A DNA stretch of 64,000 nucleotides from Candidatus Omnitrophota bacterium (GTDB lineage: Bacteria > Omnitrophota > Gorgyraeia > Zapsychrales > JANLHA01): contig JACKFI010000001.1 of the NCBI GenBank assembly GCA_020632555.1, positions 133,152 through 197,151 of the forward strand, in the 5' to 3' direction. The position numbers were made by a program, and so were the translations under genes. Below, piece by piece: positions 1 to 10,462 of this stretch. The notes beneath the pieces are model-generated. The model did no database searches, was not told the origin of the DNA, and was given only the letters and a program-made list of their open reading frames with translations. The stretch's first letter is position 1. Every line of letters begins with the position of its first letter.

Positions 1-302
1 CCAAGAATCCAAAGGTGACAGCCAAAGCACCAAAATTAAGGCCTACGCATTGGGCCGCCAAAATAATTCCAAAAAAGACAATAGAATAATGGACAATCCG
101 CTGAAATGTATACGTGATACCTGCAGAAAGTTTCAGCTTCTTAGCAATTTGCACAGCAATAATGCGCTGCAGAATCATGGAGGTCAACAAAGCCGTAATA
201 AAAATAAAGACGGCGCTACCGATCCCCCCAAAAGTCACCGGCGTTGTCCCAATGTGCACAATGGGCAAATTGATCCATTGAACAACTTGTTCAAATGTCA
301 TT
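1..302 (-). CDS. Mechanosensitive channel, MscS family (N-terminal ~100 aa only; C-terminus runs off the window start)
   Basis: Hand translation of the minus strand from the ATG at 302: MTFEQVVQWINLPIVHIGTTPVTFGGIGSAVFIFITALLTSMILQRIIAVQIAKKLKLSAGITYTFQRIVHYSIVFFGIILAAQCVGLNFGALAVTFGFL. The TM helix plus Gly/Ala-rich 'LAAQCVGLNFGALA' segment is typical of the MscS pore helix. AGGAGA lies 6 nt upstream. The plus-strand ORF 50..364 covering this region is low-complexity and rejected. Confidence 0.5.
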
Positions 303-313
303 TTATCTCCTGG

Positions 314-2290
314 TTACTGTTTCTTAAAAACAACGATGCCCAAAGGCGGCAAGGTCAACGATAAAGAATGATAAAACCCGTGAATCGCAACCGGGTCACT
401 GTCTTTGCCGCCGCAATTGCCCTGCCCGCTGCCCCCGTATTCTTGCGCGTCAGTGTTGAGAATTTCACGCCAATAACCCGATTGGGGCACACCCACCCGA
501 TACGCTAAACGAACCGCTGGCGTAAAATTACAAACAATCAAAATATCCTCGCTGGAATCCTGCGTTTTTCTTAAAAAACTAATAATACTTTGCTGAGCGT
601 CGCTGGCATCCACACAATGAAAACCCGCAGCAGAGAAATCTGTTTGATACAGCGCCGGTTCTCGTTTATACAAAGCATTCAAGTCTTTGACACACCGCTG
701 CAACCCCGAATGCGCCGGATAACTTAACAAATGCCAATCCAAACTCTTTTCATGATTCCATTCGGTCCATTGCCCTATTTCACTGCCCATAAACAATAAT
801 TTCTTGCCCGGATGGGTAAACATATAAGCAAACAATAAACGCAAATTCGCGAACTTCTGCCAAAGATCGCCGGGCATCTTATTGATCAATGACCCTTTGC
901 CGTGAACCACCTCATCATGCGACAAAGACAAAACAAAATTTTCTGTAAAAGCATACAAATAACTAAACGTCAGCTCACCGTGATGATATTTGCGATAAAT
1001 CGGATCTTGCGCAAAATAACTCAAAGTGTCATGCATCCATCCCATATTCCACTTCATCCCAAAACCCAAACCGCCCAAATACAAAGGCCGCGAAACCGAC
1101 GGCCAAGCAGTAGATTCTTCGGCAATCACTTGCGTATCCGGGAAATATTCATACACCGTTTTATTAAGTTGTTTTAAAAAATCAATCGATTCTAAATTTT
1201 CGCGTCCGCCGTATTTATTGGGAATCCATTCTCCGGCTTTACGTGAATAATCCCGATACAGCATGGAAGCGACCGCGTCAACGCGCAAGCCATCCACATG
1301 GTATTTTTCCAGCCAAAAAATAGCGCTGGAAATCAAAAACTCTTTGACCTCCACTCGCCCGCAATTGAAAATATAACTTTTCCAATCTGGATGAAAACCC
1401 TCTCGCTCATCAGCATGCTCATACAACTTGGTGCCGTCGAAATAAACCAACCCATGCTCATCCGACGGAAAATGCGATGGAACCCAATCCAAAATAACGC
1501 CAATATCATTCTGGTGCAGCATATCAATCAAAAACATAAAATCCTGCGGCGTGCCATAACGATTGGTCGGCGCGAAATACCCAATCGACTGATAACCCCA
1601 AGATCCATAAAACGGATGCTCCATCACCGGCAAAAATTCAACATGCGTGAAACCAATCTCTTTGATGTAATCCACCAACTGTTGCGCCAACTCCCGATAG
1701 GTCAAATACCGGTTGTTTTCTTCAATCACCCGACGCCAAGACCCCAAATGAATTTCATAAATTGACATCGGTTTATCCAAAGCGTTATGTTGATAACGCT
1801 TCTTCATCCACTGCTGGTCATTCCACGTATTATCCAAATCCCAAACGATCGATGCTGTCTTGGGAGGATTTTCATTAAAAAATGCGTATGGATCGCGTTT
1901 CTCTACGGAATAATTTTGATTATTCGAAACAATCGAATACTTATAAAGCGCACCCTTACCTATCCCTTCGATAAACCCTTCCCATATCCCTGAAGAATCC
2001 CAGCGGGCAAATAAAGGATGTTGTCCTTTGGTCCAATAATTAAAATCGCCGACAACCGAAACCGACTGAGCATTGGGCGCCCAAACCGCGAAATGCACAC
2101 CGCGTTTTCCATCTTTCTCAATGCAATGAGAACCCAACTTTTCATAAAGCTTTAAGTGATTACCTTCCCGAAATAAATAAATATCATGATCGGTAATAAA
2201 ACTCTGATTTTCTATCGGTACTTGCATAGTCCTTGTATTGACAATTGGCGCTACAACCGTATTCTTTATTTTGCTTTTCCCTGCCATCAT
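314..2290 (-). CDS. glgB: 1,4-alpha-glucan branching enzyme (GH13)
   Basis: 658 aa. N-terminal CBM48-like region, GH13 catalytic core (HVEFLPVMEHPF..., GFHPDW, LRVDAVASMLY). Globally GlgB-like. Confidence 0.9.
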   Translation of the reverse strand: MMAGKSKIKNTVVAPIVNTRTMQVPIENQSFITDHDIYLFREGNHLKLYEKLGSHCIEKDGKRGVHFAVWAPNAQSVSVVGDFNYWTKGQHPLFARWDSSGIWEGFIEGIGKGALYKYSIVSNNQNYSVEKRDPYAFFNENPPKTASIVWDLDNTWNDQQWMKKRYQHNALDKPMSIYEIHLGSWRRVIEENNRYLTYRELAQQLVDYIKEIGFTHVEFLPVMEHPFYGSWGYQSIGYFAPTNRYGTPQDFMFLIDMLHQNDIGVILDWVPSHFPSDEHGLVYFDGTKLYEHADEREGFHPDWKSYIFNCGRVEVKEFLISSAIFWLEKYHVDGLRVDAVASMLYRDYSRKAGEWIPNKYGGRENLESIDFLKQLNKTVYEYFPDTQVIAEESTAWPSVSRPLYLGGLGFGMKWNMGWMHDTLSYFAQDPIYRKYHHGELTFSYLYAFTENFVLSLSHDEVVHGKGSLINKMPGDLWQKFANLRLLFAYMFTHPGKKLLFMGSEIGQWTEWNHEKSLDWHLLSYPAHSGLQRCVKDLNALYKREPALYQTDFSAAGFHCVDASDAQQSIISFLRKTQDSSEDILIVCNFTPAVRLAYRVGVPQSGYWREILNTDAQEYGGSGQGNCGGKDSDPVAIHGFYHSLSLTLPPLGIVVFKKQ

Positions 2291-2297
2291 GGCCCCC

Positions 2298-5200
2298 TTA
2301 CGTGTCAGTGTTATTAATCGCCAAAATATACTTAATGCCTTTGATCGGAATAATCGTTTTGTCCGGCCGATTATTCAATTCATAACCCAGTTCATAAACA
2401 GCTTTATCCAAAAGGAAAATATCCAATAACAAAGCAATTTCGTCACGATCTTGCGGAATAAAACACAACGGCTGCTCAACATCCAAATAGGATTGAATAA
2501 AAAGCTGGCTGGCCCAAAAGTACCACGCGTGCGCCCACGGTTCGAGAAATTTTAAATCATCCTCCGGCAAGGTTGACTTGAGTAAAAGCGAACTCAACGC
2601 GGCATAATGAAACGACCGAATCATTCCGGCAATATCACGAAACGCTGAGCGTTTCAATTTTCGTTCAGAAACCGAACGGCTGGGCTCTCCTTCAAAATCA
2701 ATCACGGTAAAATCTTTACCGGTAAAAAGAACTTGACCCAAATGATAATCCCCATGAATACGAATTTTGGAAGCAGAAAATTTTTTATCTTTGATGCGCA
2801 TAAAACTTTTGAGAATCAATTTCTCACTGTCCATCACATCCAAAGCTTCTTTTCGCAAATGTTGCGGCAAACGGCTCTGCTGCAACTGTAACGTTTGAAA
2901 CACTCGTTTCAATTGCCCTTGCATCGACTGCAAAACAGAACGTTGATACAAAACGGTGGAATCTTCCGGAGCAAAATCAGGATCATCCTCTGAAGAAATC
3001 GCTTGATGCATCTGGCGCGTCCTTTGTCCTAATAGTTGAATCATCTGCGGGAATATCGGATCCAAAGCTTCTTGCAAAATCTTGGCACTTTCGATAGGCT
3101 CCACCTGCAATAAAGAAACAGGAACAACAGGAACCGCTTGATATTTGTCCTTATTCGACAAAATGTTTTCATAAAACCGACCCAACTGATCCATGAAATA
3201 CGCCCACGCATCTCCCTGATTAGGAACAAAATGACTTAAAAGCGCAACGGTCACCGGCTCAGATTTGGTGGACGCATATTGAATCGCGCCGGCGTACGCG
3301 GAAATATTTTTAAATCGCGTTTTTTCCGTTAAAAACTGCGTGATTTCTAAATCCGGGTTGATACCTTCTTTCACCTGCCGAAAGAACTTGAGAAACAACT
3401 CTTGCCCATAAATGATCGAAGAATTGCTTTGCTCGGCTTTCAGAACCTTTGACCCCAAAGGTTCTGGTTGACTCTTCAGCAAAGCCTTCACCGATTTACC
3501 CGGATAAAACAGCAAACGACCTTCCCGGCCGGTTAATCTTTTGCGATTAGCGATGTATTCTAAAAACAAAATTCGCAATGAAGCGCTATAAATTCCGTCG
3601 TAAAGATAGCCTTGTTCATTGTCAGAAACAACCTGCGCGATCAAACATTGCGGTTGTTCACTCACCAATCCTTCCATACGGCTTTTTTCTTCATACGCCA
3701 AAACCAAAGAATACGCTTGAGTCAACCCGTCAAATAGCACAACATTCACAAACACAAAATAAGCTTTTTGATCGGGAATATCGAAGATATCCATAATCTT
3801 GATGGTTCTAATCGAGCTGGCTTTTTGACCAAACCAGCGGCATTTTTTAAAATATTGCGGCAAAACTTGATTCTCAATTTGATCCTTCAACTCTCTTTCA
3901 AAAATCTCGCTCCAGCGATCATTGACATTCAACGTCGGCATTTCTTGTTCCTGATTAACACCGACAGACGATGTTTCTTGTTTCAACAAAAACCAAAAAT
4001 GCGTATACGAACCTAACGTCACCAGATAGGGAGATTGCGTGATCTTGGGAAACTTGTTCTGGCTAAAGATTTCTTCTGGAATATAACCGGCATAGTCGGG
4101 CAGGTTTAATTCCACTGCCTGCGAGAATCGAGACAAATTGATCACGCACAATATGGTTTCTTCTTCATATTTGCGAATAAATACCAAGACTTTTTTATTA
4201 TCTGTATAAAGAAAATCCACGCTCCCGCGGCTAAACGCTTTAAACTTTTTGCGCATATAAATCACACGACGCATCCACCATAACAAGGATGAAAGATTGG
4301 CATCTTGATTCTCGACATTCACACTGCTGTATTGATATTCTGGATCAATCACAACCGGCAAATACAAGCGCTGCGGATTAGCTTGCGAAAAACCGGCGTT
4401 TTTATCCGGGCTCCATTGCATCGGCGTACGAACCCCATTGCGATCCCCTAAATAAAAATTATCGCCCATCCCGATTTCATCGCCGTAATAAATAATGGGT
4501 GTCCCCGGCAAAGAAAACAACAGCACATTCATCAGCTCGACCTTTTTACGATTATTCCCCAAAAGCGGCACCAGCCGACGACGAATCCCCACATTAATCT
4601 TAGCTTTAGAATCCTTGGCAAAAGAGCTGTACATATAATCTCTTTCCTCATCGGTCACCATTTCCAAAGTCAACTCATCATGATTTCGCAAAAAAATCGC
4701 CCACTGGCAGGGTTCCGGAATAGCCGGTGTTTGTTCCAGAATATCTTTAATGGGAAAACTGTCTTCCATCTGCATGGCCATAAACATTCGCGGCATCAAA
4801 GGAAAATGAAACGCCATTTGGCAAGAATCCCCATCCCCAAAATACGCAGCAGCATCTTCCGGCCATTGATTGGCTTCCGCCAAAAGCATTCTGTTTTTAA
4901 ATTTACTGTCCACATACGCCCGCAACTTTTTTAGAAATGCGTACGTTTCGGGAAGATTTTCACAATTTGTTCCCTCGCGCTCATACAAATACGGCACCGC
5001 GTCCAAACGCATACCGTCGACACCCATGCCCAGCCAGAAATCAACCACTTTAAAAAGCTCTTTATGCACTTGCGGATTATCAAAATTCAAATCCGGCTGA
5101 TGCGAATAAAACCGATGCCAATAATACGATTTGGCCAGCGGATCCCACGTCCAATTGGATGTCTCGAAGTCTTTGAAAATAATGCGGGCTTCTTTGTATT

Positions 5201-5621
5201 TCTTGGGATTATCGCTCCAGACGTAATAATCGCGCAACACAGAACCCGGTTTAGCCAAACGCGCTCTCTGAAACCACGCGTGCTGGTCAGAGGTATGATT
5301 GACAACCAACTCCGTTATCACGCGAATCCCATGAGCGTGAGCGGCATTGAGAAATTCTTTAAAATCTTTAATGTTTCCATATTGCGGATGGACATCAAAG
5401 TAATCGGCAATATCATAGCCATCATCCCGCAAAGGTGACGGATAGAACGGCAATACCCAAATCGCGGTAACCCCTAACTTTTGCAAGTGATCCAATTTCT
5501 GTGTCAGTCCGCGAATATCTCCGATGCCGTCGGCATTGCTATCGTAAAAAGACTTGATATGAACCTGGTAAACAACCGCGTCTTTATACCACAAAGCATC
5601 TTCTTTAAGTTTTTTAATCAT
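2298..5621 (-). CDS. treS: Trehalose synthase / maltokinase fusion protein (TreS-Mak/Pep2)
   Basis: 1107 aa. N-terminal half is a GH13 TreS-type amylase (VYQVHIKSFYDSNADGIGD, GMRLDAVPYL, NHDELT). C-terminal half is an aminoglycoside-phosphotransferase-like maltokinase (RIHGDYHLGQVLF, FEGEP). Fusion sits between glgE and glgB. Confidence 0.88.
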   Translation of the reverse strand: MIKKLKEDALWYKDAVVYQVHIKSFYDSNADGIGDIRGLTQKLDHLQKLGVTAIWVLPFYPSPLRDDGYDIADYFDVHPQYGNIKDFKEFLNAAHAHGIRVITELVVNHTSDQHAWFQRARLAKPGSVLRDYYVWSDNPKKYKEARIIFKDFETSNWTWDPLAKSYYWHRFYSHQPDLNFDNPQVHKELFKVVDFWLGMGVDGMRLDAVPYLYEREGTNCENLPETYAFLKKLRAYVDSKFKNRMLLAEANQWPEDAAAYFGDGDSCQMAFHFPLMPRMFMAMQMEDSFPIKDILEQTPAIPEPCQWAIFLRNHDELTLEMVTDEERDYMYSSFAKDSKAKINVGIRRRLVPLLGNNRKKVELMNVLLFSLPGTPIIYYGDEIGMGDNFYLGDRNGVRTPMQWSPDKNAGFSQANPQRLYLPVVIDPEYQYSSVNVENQDANLSSLLWWMRRVIYMRKKFKAFSRGSVDFLYTDNKKVLVFIRKYEEETILCVINLSRFSQAVELNLPDYAGYIPEEIFSQNKFPKITQSPYLVTLGSYTHFWFLLKQETSSVGVNQEQEMPTLNVNDRWSEIFERELKDQIENQVLPQYFKKCRWFGQKASSIRTIKIMDIFDIPDQKAYFVFVNVVLFDGLTQAYSLVLAYEEKSRMEGLVSEQPQCLIAQVVSDNEQGYLYDGIYSASLRILFLEYIANRKRLTGREGRLLFYPGKSVKALLKSQPEPLGSKVLKAEQSNSSIIYGQELFLKFFRQVKEGINPDLEITQFLTEKTRFKNISAYAGAIQYASTKSEPVTVALLSHFVPNQGDAWAYFMDQLGRFYENILSNKDKYQAVPVVPVSLLQVEPIESAKILQEALDPIFPQMIQLLGQRTRQMHQAISSEDDPDFAPEDSTVLYQRSVLQSMQGQLKRVFQTLQLQQSRLPQHLRKEALDVMDSEKLILKSFMRIKDKKFSASKIRIHGDYHLGQVLFTGKDFTVIDFEGEPSRSVSERKLKRSAFRDIAGMIRSFHYAALSSLLLKSTLPEDDLKFLEPWAHAWYFWASQLFIQSYLDVEQPLCFIPQDRDEIALLLDIFLLDKAVYELGYELNNRPDKTIIPIKGIKYILAINNTDT

Positions 5622-5658
5622 ACCGTCCTCTGAATGTTAACCGGAAAGTTTCATCAAA

Positions 5659-7635
5659 CTAAGCTTGTTGAACACTAAAAATATGTGCTGGCATTTTATA
5701 AGGATTTAACTCAACAAAATTCCATTCTCCCTGCCAGCTGTACTCATCACTGGTCAACAAATCCACGACCTTATAAGATTGATCATAGGCAAAACCCCAC
5801 TGCCCTAAAGGCAACTTGACTGTACCAGCCTGCGTATTGGCGCTATCCAAATTGACAATGACCAAAATAATATTTTTCGAATCATCAGTCTTTTTATAAT
5901 ACGCAATCAGATTATCATTATTCACATCGCAAAATTTCACATTCCATGTTGTTTGCAAAGCTGGATTTCGTTTACGAATACGATTGATGCGCGTCATAAT
6001 ATCTTTAAGATTTTGCGGCTCATTCCAATTCCACTGTTTGATTTCATACTTTTCCGAATCAAAATACTCTTCTTTGCCGGCCACCGGAGTATTAACACAA
6101 AGCTCATAAGCCGGTCCATAAAGACCATAATTCGACGATAATGTCGCCGCTAAAATCAATCGGCTGATAAAAGCCGGACGGCCGCCAGTTTGCAAATGAT
6201 ACGGTAAAATATCTGGAGTATTTGGCCAAAAATTCGGCCGAAAATATTCCCGAGATTCCGTTTGCGTCAATTCGGTCATATATTCAATAAGTTCCGCCTT
6301 ACTGACCCGCCAGGTAAAATATGTATAGGATTGATGAAACCCTACTTTTCCTAATTGCTTCATAATATTCGGACGAGTAAAGGCTTCGGCGAGAAAAACA
6401 ACTTCCGGATGGTTCTTATGCGTTTCTCCAATCATCCATTGCCAAAAAGCAAATGGCTTGGTGTGCGGATTATCCACCCGAAAAATCGTAATCCCCTGGT
6501 CAATCCAAAAATCCACAATACTTTTTAACTCTTGCCATAATTCGAATGAATTCGAACAATAAAAATTGACCGGATACACATCTTCATATTTTTTAGGAGG
6601 ATTTTCGGCATATTGAATCGTGCCATCCGGCCTTTGGTAAAACCATTCGGGATGCTCTTTAACATAAGGATGATCCGGCGAACATTGATAAGCAATATCA
6701 ATCGAAACTTCTAAACCCAGCGAATTGGCTTTTTTGATAAAGCGATGAAAATCATCCATCGTTCCCAAACGAGCGTCAATAGCTTTATGGCCGCCCCCCT
6801 GACCTCCAATAGCCCAGGGACTGCCCGGATCATTGGGCCCGCCGACACGCGCATTATTCTTTCCCTTACGATGCGTTGTCCCGATCGGATGAATCGGCGG
6901 CAAATAAATCACATCAAATCCCATGCGCGCGATTTCCGGTAAAATGGCTTCACAATCTTTAAACGTTCCATGTTTCCCATTCTTGCCAAAGGAACGCGGA
7001 AAAAACTCATACCAACTGCTTAATAAAGCTTTGGGACTGTTGACCTGAACTTTTAAAACTTTGTCATAACAGACATATGAGGCCGTATCTGGTGTTGCTT
7101 GAGTTAAACTCAACAGCTGGGCACTCAATAGCAATGTCTGTTTCTGATTGGAATTGGAAGCCTTTTGTATTTCCTCCAGCAAAGATTTAATACGCTCAAC
7201 CTCTTTACCCTTTTCTTGTTCAACAATATGTTTTAAATAATTGATCCCGATCAGGATATCAACCGTGACATCTTGGCCGGCTTCAATCCGCTTTTTAAAA
7301 TCTTTTTGCCAGGTTTCAAAATGATTAACCCAGGCCTCAATGCAATATTCATGATCAGATTGTTCCGTAATCACAAAATCCGCCCGCCAACGATCATTGC
7401 CCAAACTCGTCATGGGCAATTTCTTCCAAGCTTTTTCTCCCAACTTCCTGTATAAAAGCACCGCGTTGACACTGTCATGCCCTTCGGTATAGATATCCGC
7501 CATTACCGCAACCTGCTCCTGCGGCACACGTTTAATAGGAAACACGCCCCCATCAATCTCAGGCGCAAGATGCTCAATAATCACGCGTTGAAAAGTATGT
7601 TTTGCGTTCGCCGTCTTTAACTGTGTCATAAACAC
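5659..7635 (-). CDS. glgE: Alpha-1,4-glucan:maltose-1-phosphate maltosyltransferase
   Basis: 658 aa. GH13_3 features (FRVDNPHTKP, VFLAEAFT) and an N-terminal GlgE-specific domain. Operon context with treS-mak and glgB defines the GlgE alpha-glucan pathway. Confidence 0.88.
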   Translation of the reverse strand: MFMTQLKTANAKHTFQRVIIEHLAPEIDGGVFPIKRVPQEQVAVMADIYTEGHDSVNAVLLYRKLGEKAWKKLPMTSLGNDRWRADFVITEQSDHEYCIEAWVNHFETWQKDFKKRIEAGQDVTVDILIGINYLKHIVEQEKGKEVERIKSLLEEIQKASNSNQKQTLLLSAQLLSLTQATPDTASYVCYDKVLKVQVNSPKALLSSWYEFFPRSFGKNGKHGTFKDCEAILPEIARMGFDVIYLPPIHPIGTTHRKGKNNARVGGPNDPGSPWAIGGQGGGHKAIDARLGTMDDFHRFIKKANSLGLEVSIDIAYQCSPDHPYVKEHPEWFYQRPDGTIQYAENPPKKYEDVYPVNFYCSNSFELWQELKSIVDFWIDQGITIFRVDNPHTKPFAFWQWMIGETHKNHPEVVFLAEAFTRPNIMKQLGKVGFHQSYTYFTWRVSKAELIEYMTELTQTESREYFRPNFWPNTPDILPYHLQTGGRPAFISRLILAATLSSNYGLYGPAYELCVNTPVAGKEEYFDSEKYEIKQWNWNEPQNLKDIMTRINRIRKRNPALQTTWNVKFCDVNNDNLIAYYKKTDDSKNIILVIVNLDSANTQAGTVKLPLGQWGFAYDQSYKVVDLLTSDEYSWQGEWNFVELNPYKMPAHIFSVQQA

Positions 7636-7671
7636 CTACTTTCTCTAAAGTTAAAACATCGGTGCATTATA

Positions 7672-8268
7672 CTATGCTTGAATCCCACGCAGGAAAATTT
7701 CCCACAAAACTTCGGCTTTATTTAATGGAAATACAGTGTAATTCGTCAAAGAGTACAAAATAATACATGTTTGAATCAGTCCAAAAAAAGCCAAACTCGC
7801 GACTTCCAAATCCGTCTCTGGACGCACTTCTTTCTGTTGCCGAGCTTGCTCAAGAATACTTCTGATCTTAAGCTGATAGCGCCGCACAACATCAAGAACT
7901 TTCTTGGTCAATACCTTATCTTTAAAATGAATCGACTCAGAAGTGATCGCAAAAAAAATGCCTTTTTTACGCTCCGAAAGAAATAAATGCGCCTTCATAA
8001 TTTCTTTGAGCTGCTCGATCGGATCAACAGTTGAAGCAATGGATTGGGCCACGCCATCACTTAAAGTTCCTTCAAAATCTTCAATCAAAGCACCTAAAAT
8101 CGCTCGTTTATTATCAAAATGCCGATACAAAGCCGGCTCAGAAATCTTCATTTTTGAAGAGAGATTCTTCATCGTCAAAGCTTTGATGCCTTGATGAATA
8201 ATCAAATCCCGAGCGGTGTCGATGATTTCTCTCTTGCGAATATCTGTGGGTTTTTTTGTCATAGTCAT
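7672..8268 (-). CDS. TetR/AcrR-family transcriptional regulator
   Basis: 198 aa. N-terminal HTH (REIIDTARDLIIHQGIKALTMKNLSSKMKISEPALYRHFDNKRAIL). Lies directly upstream of glgE in the same orientation. Confidence 0.85.
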   Translation of the reverse strand: MTMTKKPTDIRKREIIDTARDLIIHQGIKALTMKNLSSKMKISEPALYRHFDNKRAILGALIEDFEGTLSDGVAQSIASTVDPIEQLKEIMKAHLFLSERKKGIFFAITSESIHFKDKVLTKKVLDVVRRYQLKIRSILEQARQQKEVRPETDLEVASLAFFGLIQTCIILYSLTNYTVFPLNKAEVLWEIFLRGIQA

Positions 8269-8290
8269 GTTAGTTAATGATAACTAACAT
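8267..8290. promoter_or_regulatory. Perfect palindrome ATGTTAGTTA-ATGA-TAACTAACAT overlapping the TetR start codon (candidate TetR auto-operator)
   Basis: Read directly from the sequence: 10-bp arms with a 4-bp spacer. The arms begin 1 nt inside the TetR ATG (complement of 8266-8268). Confidence 0.55.
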
Positions 8291-8343
8291 AATGTAACAG
8301 AGTCTGATTCATCTGTCAACCACAACCTTAAAAAAGTCTTGCT

Positions 8344-9021
8344 TCACAGCACATTTTCTTTGCGACCTTTTAGGAATTTCTGCAAAACATAGACTCCTGC
8401 TAATAGGACAACAGCGACACCCACCTTCCAAATATGCTGCGGATTAGCAATAACGCTAATAAAAGAAGAGCCAAAATACACCAAAGCAAATGAGCCGGGC
8501 ATAATGCCAAAGAATGTGGCTAAAAAATAATCGCGAAACTTAACCTTGGTCAAACCTAAGCCAAGATTTTGAATATCCCAAGGCAAATTAGGAATCAACC
8601 GTATCAACAACACCGTTACAAACCCCCGTTTCTCAATAGCCACATCTATATTGCCCATTTTGCCTTTGAGCAATTTTTCAACCGCGTCCCGAGCCAGATA
8701 GCGCGCAATAAAAAATTCTCCCACCGCTGACAAATTCGCCGCAATCAATAAATACATAAAACCCTGCACGCCCCAAATCACACCAGCAGAAGCTGACAAT
8801 AGTGAAGCAGGAAAAAGAATCAACGGGCGAGCGATATAAAAAATGATATAAATCACCGGCCCCCAAATCCCGAAACCTTGGATGATTTCCCTGAATCTCT
8901 CCGGCGTCATCCCTGAAAAATCAATATGCAAAGCCCGCACCAAAATAAACATAGCCACCAGCAGATTCATCCCAATCAATAATTTCAACCACGGATTTTT
9001 CTTCATCAAGTCATCTCGCAA
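8344..9021 (-). CDS. DedA/TVP38/TMEM64-family membrane protein
   Basis: 225 aa, polytopic. Conserved DedA core (ARPLILFP..., IRLIPNLPWDIQN). Confidence 0.8.
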   Translation of the reverse strand: MRDDLMKKNPWLKLLIGMNLLVAMFILVRALHIDFSGMTPERFREIIQGFGIWGPVIYIIFYIARPLILFPASLLSASAGVIWGVQGFMYLLIAANLSAVGEFFIARYLARDAVEKLLKGKMGNIDVAIEKRGFVTVLLIRLIPNLPWDIQNLGLGLTKVKFRDYFLATFFGIMPGSFALVYFGSSFISVIANPQHIWKVGVAVVLLAGVYVLQKFLKGRKENVL

Positions 9022-9030
9022 TTTCTCTAT

Positions 9031-10452
9031 TTATTTAAGCAAATAGGTTGCAATCTTAATCAAAGGACTTTGAGCGGCCAAATACGTCCCGCTGACCTTT
9101 TTATTAATCTGTGCCAGCGTCGGATAAACATGCATCGCTTTTTCAATTTTGCCAATGTCAACCTTGGCATGGATTGCCGCAACCCATTCATGAATCAATT
9201 CGCCGGCGTGAAGGCCAACAATTTGTGCTCCAATGATTTTCCGTTTGATATCAGTCAACAATTTGATAAATCCCTGCGTTGCCCCCTCAGCCAAAGCGCG
9301 ATCCAAATGAGCAAAGTCATATTTATAAACCTTGTATTGAATTCCCGCCTGCTGGGCCATGGTTTCATTTAAGCCAACACAAGCGACCTCTGGATCAGTA
9401 AACGTACACCACGGCACAGCAGTATAATCGGTTTTCAACAGCGGCCATGGCAATTTGGCATTTAAAGCGGCAATTCTCGCATCATATTCTGCGACATGCG
9501 TGAATAAAAACCCGCCTTTGCAATCTCCACAGGCATAAATATTTTTCGCCGTGGTTTGCAGGTTCCGATTCACTGTGATGCCCTGCGGTGCGTATTGAAC
9601 ACCCGCTTTTTCTAAATCCAATCCCGCAACATTGGGCTGCCGTCCCGTCGCAACCAGTAATCTTTGGGCTAATACCTTTTTCATATTGCCCTGATATTCC
9701 ATCGTGACTTCGATCCCCTCACCTGCTTTGCACACCTTTTGCGCTTTTGCTTGCACAAAGAACTCAATGCCTTCTTTAGCCAATAGCTCATGGACATAAG
9801 ACGAAACATCCGGGTCTTCCTTGGGCAGAATACAATCGGCAAACTCGATGACGGTGACTTTTGATCCCAAGCGCGAAAACGATTGCGCCATTTCCATACC
9901 AATGGGTCCCCCGCCCAAGACAATCAGAGATGCCGGCAACTTATCCAGCAAGAAAATTTCAACATTGGTGATAAAAGGAACATCTTTTAGTCCTTCAATG
10001 GGCAAGATCCGAGCCGATGAGCCCGTGGCTAAAATAATTTTTTTAGCAGTAATCTTTGCTCCGTTGCATTCAAGCGTGCGACTATCTAAAAATCTTGGCG
10101 AACCAAAGCGTGTTTCAATATTGTATTGCTTTTTAAATGCCTCGGGGGAATCATGCTTTTGTATGCCGGCGATAATGCCCTGAATGCGATCCCGGACCTT
10201 GGGAAAATCCACCGGTTCAATAGGAACTTTCGGCAAACCATACTGCTGGACCTGTTTCATCAAGTGATAAACGTTTGCACTTTTAATCAATGATTTCGAC
10301 GGTATACAACCATAATGCAAACAATCGCCGCCCAATTTTTCTTCTTTTTCAATCAACAATGTTTTGGAACCCAGCTGCGCTGACCAAATAGATGACGTTA
10401 ACCCTGCCGCCCCACCGCCGATCACCACCATATCAAAAGAAAAGTCTGCCAT
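9031..10452 (-). CDS. FAD-dependent pyridine nucleotide-disulfide oxidoreductase (dihydrolipoamide dehydrogenase / mercuric reductase-like)
   Basis: 473 aa. FAD-binding GxGxxG (VVIGGGAAG), redox-active CxxxxC (GGDCLHYGCIPSK), NAD-binding GGGPIGMEMAQ, C-terminal dimerisation domain. This gene is commonly paired with DedA. Confidence 0.85.
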   Translation of the reverse strand: MADFSFDMVVIGGGAAGLTSSIWSAQLGSKTLLIEKEEKLGGDCLHYGCIPSKSLIKSANVYHLMKQVQQYGLPKVPIEPVDFPKVRDRIQGIIAGIQKHDSPEAFKKQYNIETRFGSPRFLDSRTLECNGAKITAKKIILATGSSARILPIEGLKDVPFITNVEIFLLDKLPASLIVLGGGPIGMEMAQSFSRLGSKVTVIEFADCILPKEDPDVSSYVHELLAKEGIEFFVQAKAQKVCKAGEGIEVTMEYQGNMKKVLAQRLLVATGRQPNVAGLDLEKAGVQYAPQGITVNRNLQTTAKNIYACGDCKGGFLFTHVAEYDARIAALNAKLPWPLLKTDYTAVPWCTFTDPEVACVGLNETMAQQAGIQYKVYKYDFAHLDRALAEGATQGFIKLLTDIKRKIIGAQIVGLHAGELIHEWVAAIHAKVDIGKIEKAMHVYPTLAQINKKVSGTYLAAQSPLIKIATYLLK

Positions 10453-10462
10453 AAATCTCTCC

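Noticed and set aside
50-364. Plus-strand 104-aa ORF at the window start
   Set aside because: Low-complexity product with no start context. The opposite strand encodes a convincing MscS-family N-terminus with an RBS, so that call is preferred.
1298-1765. Multiple plus-strand ORFs nested inside long minus-strand genes (e.g. 1298-1765, 5064-5438, 25761-26114, 27159-27695, 61660-62178)
   Set aside because: They lie antisense within well-supported enzyme genes or within DNA repeats. Products are low-complexity or basic with no motifs. Treated as spurious.
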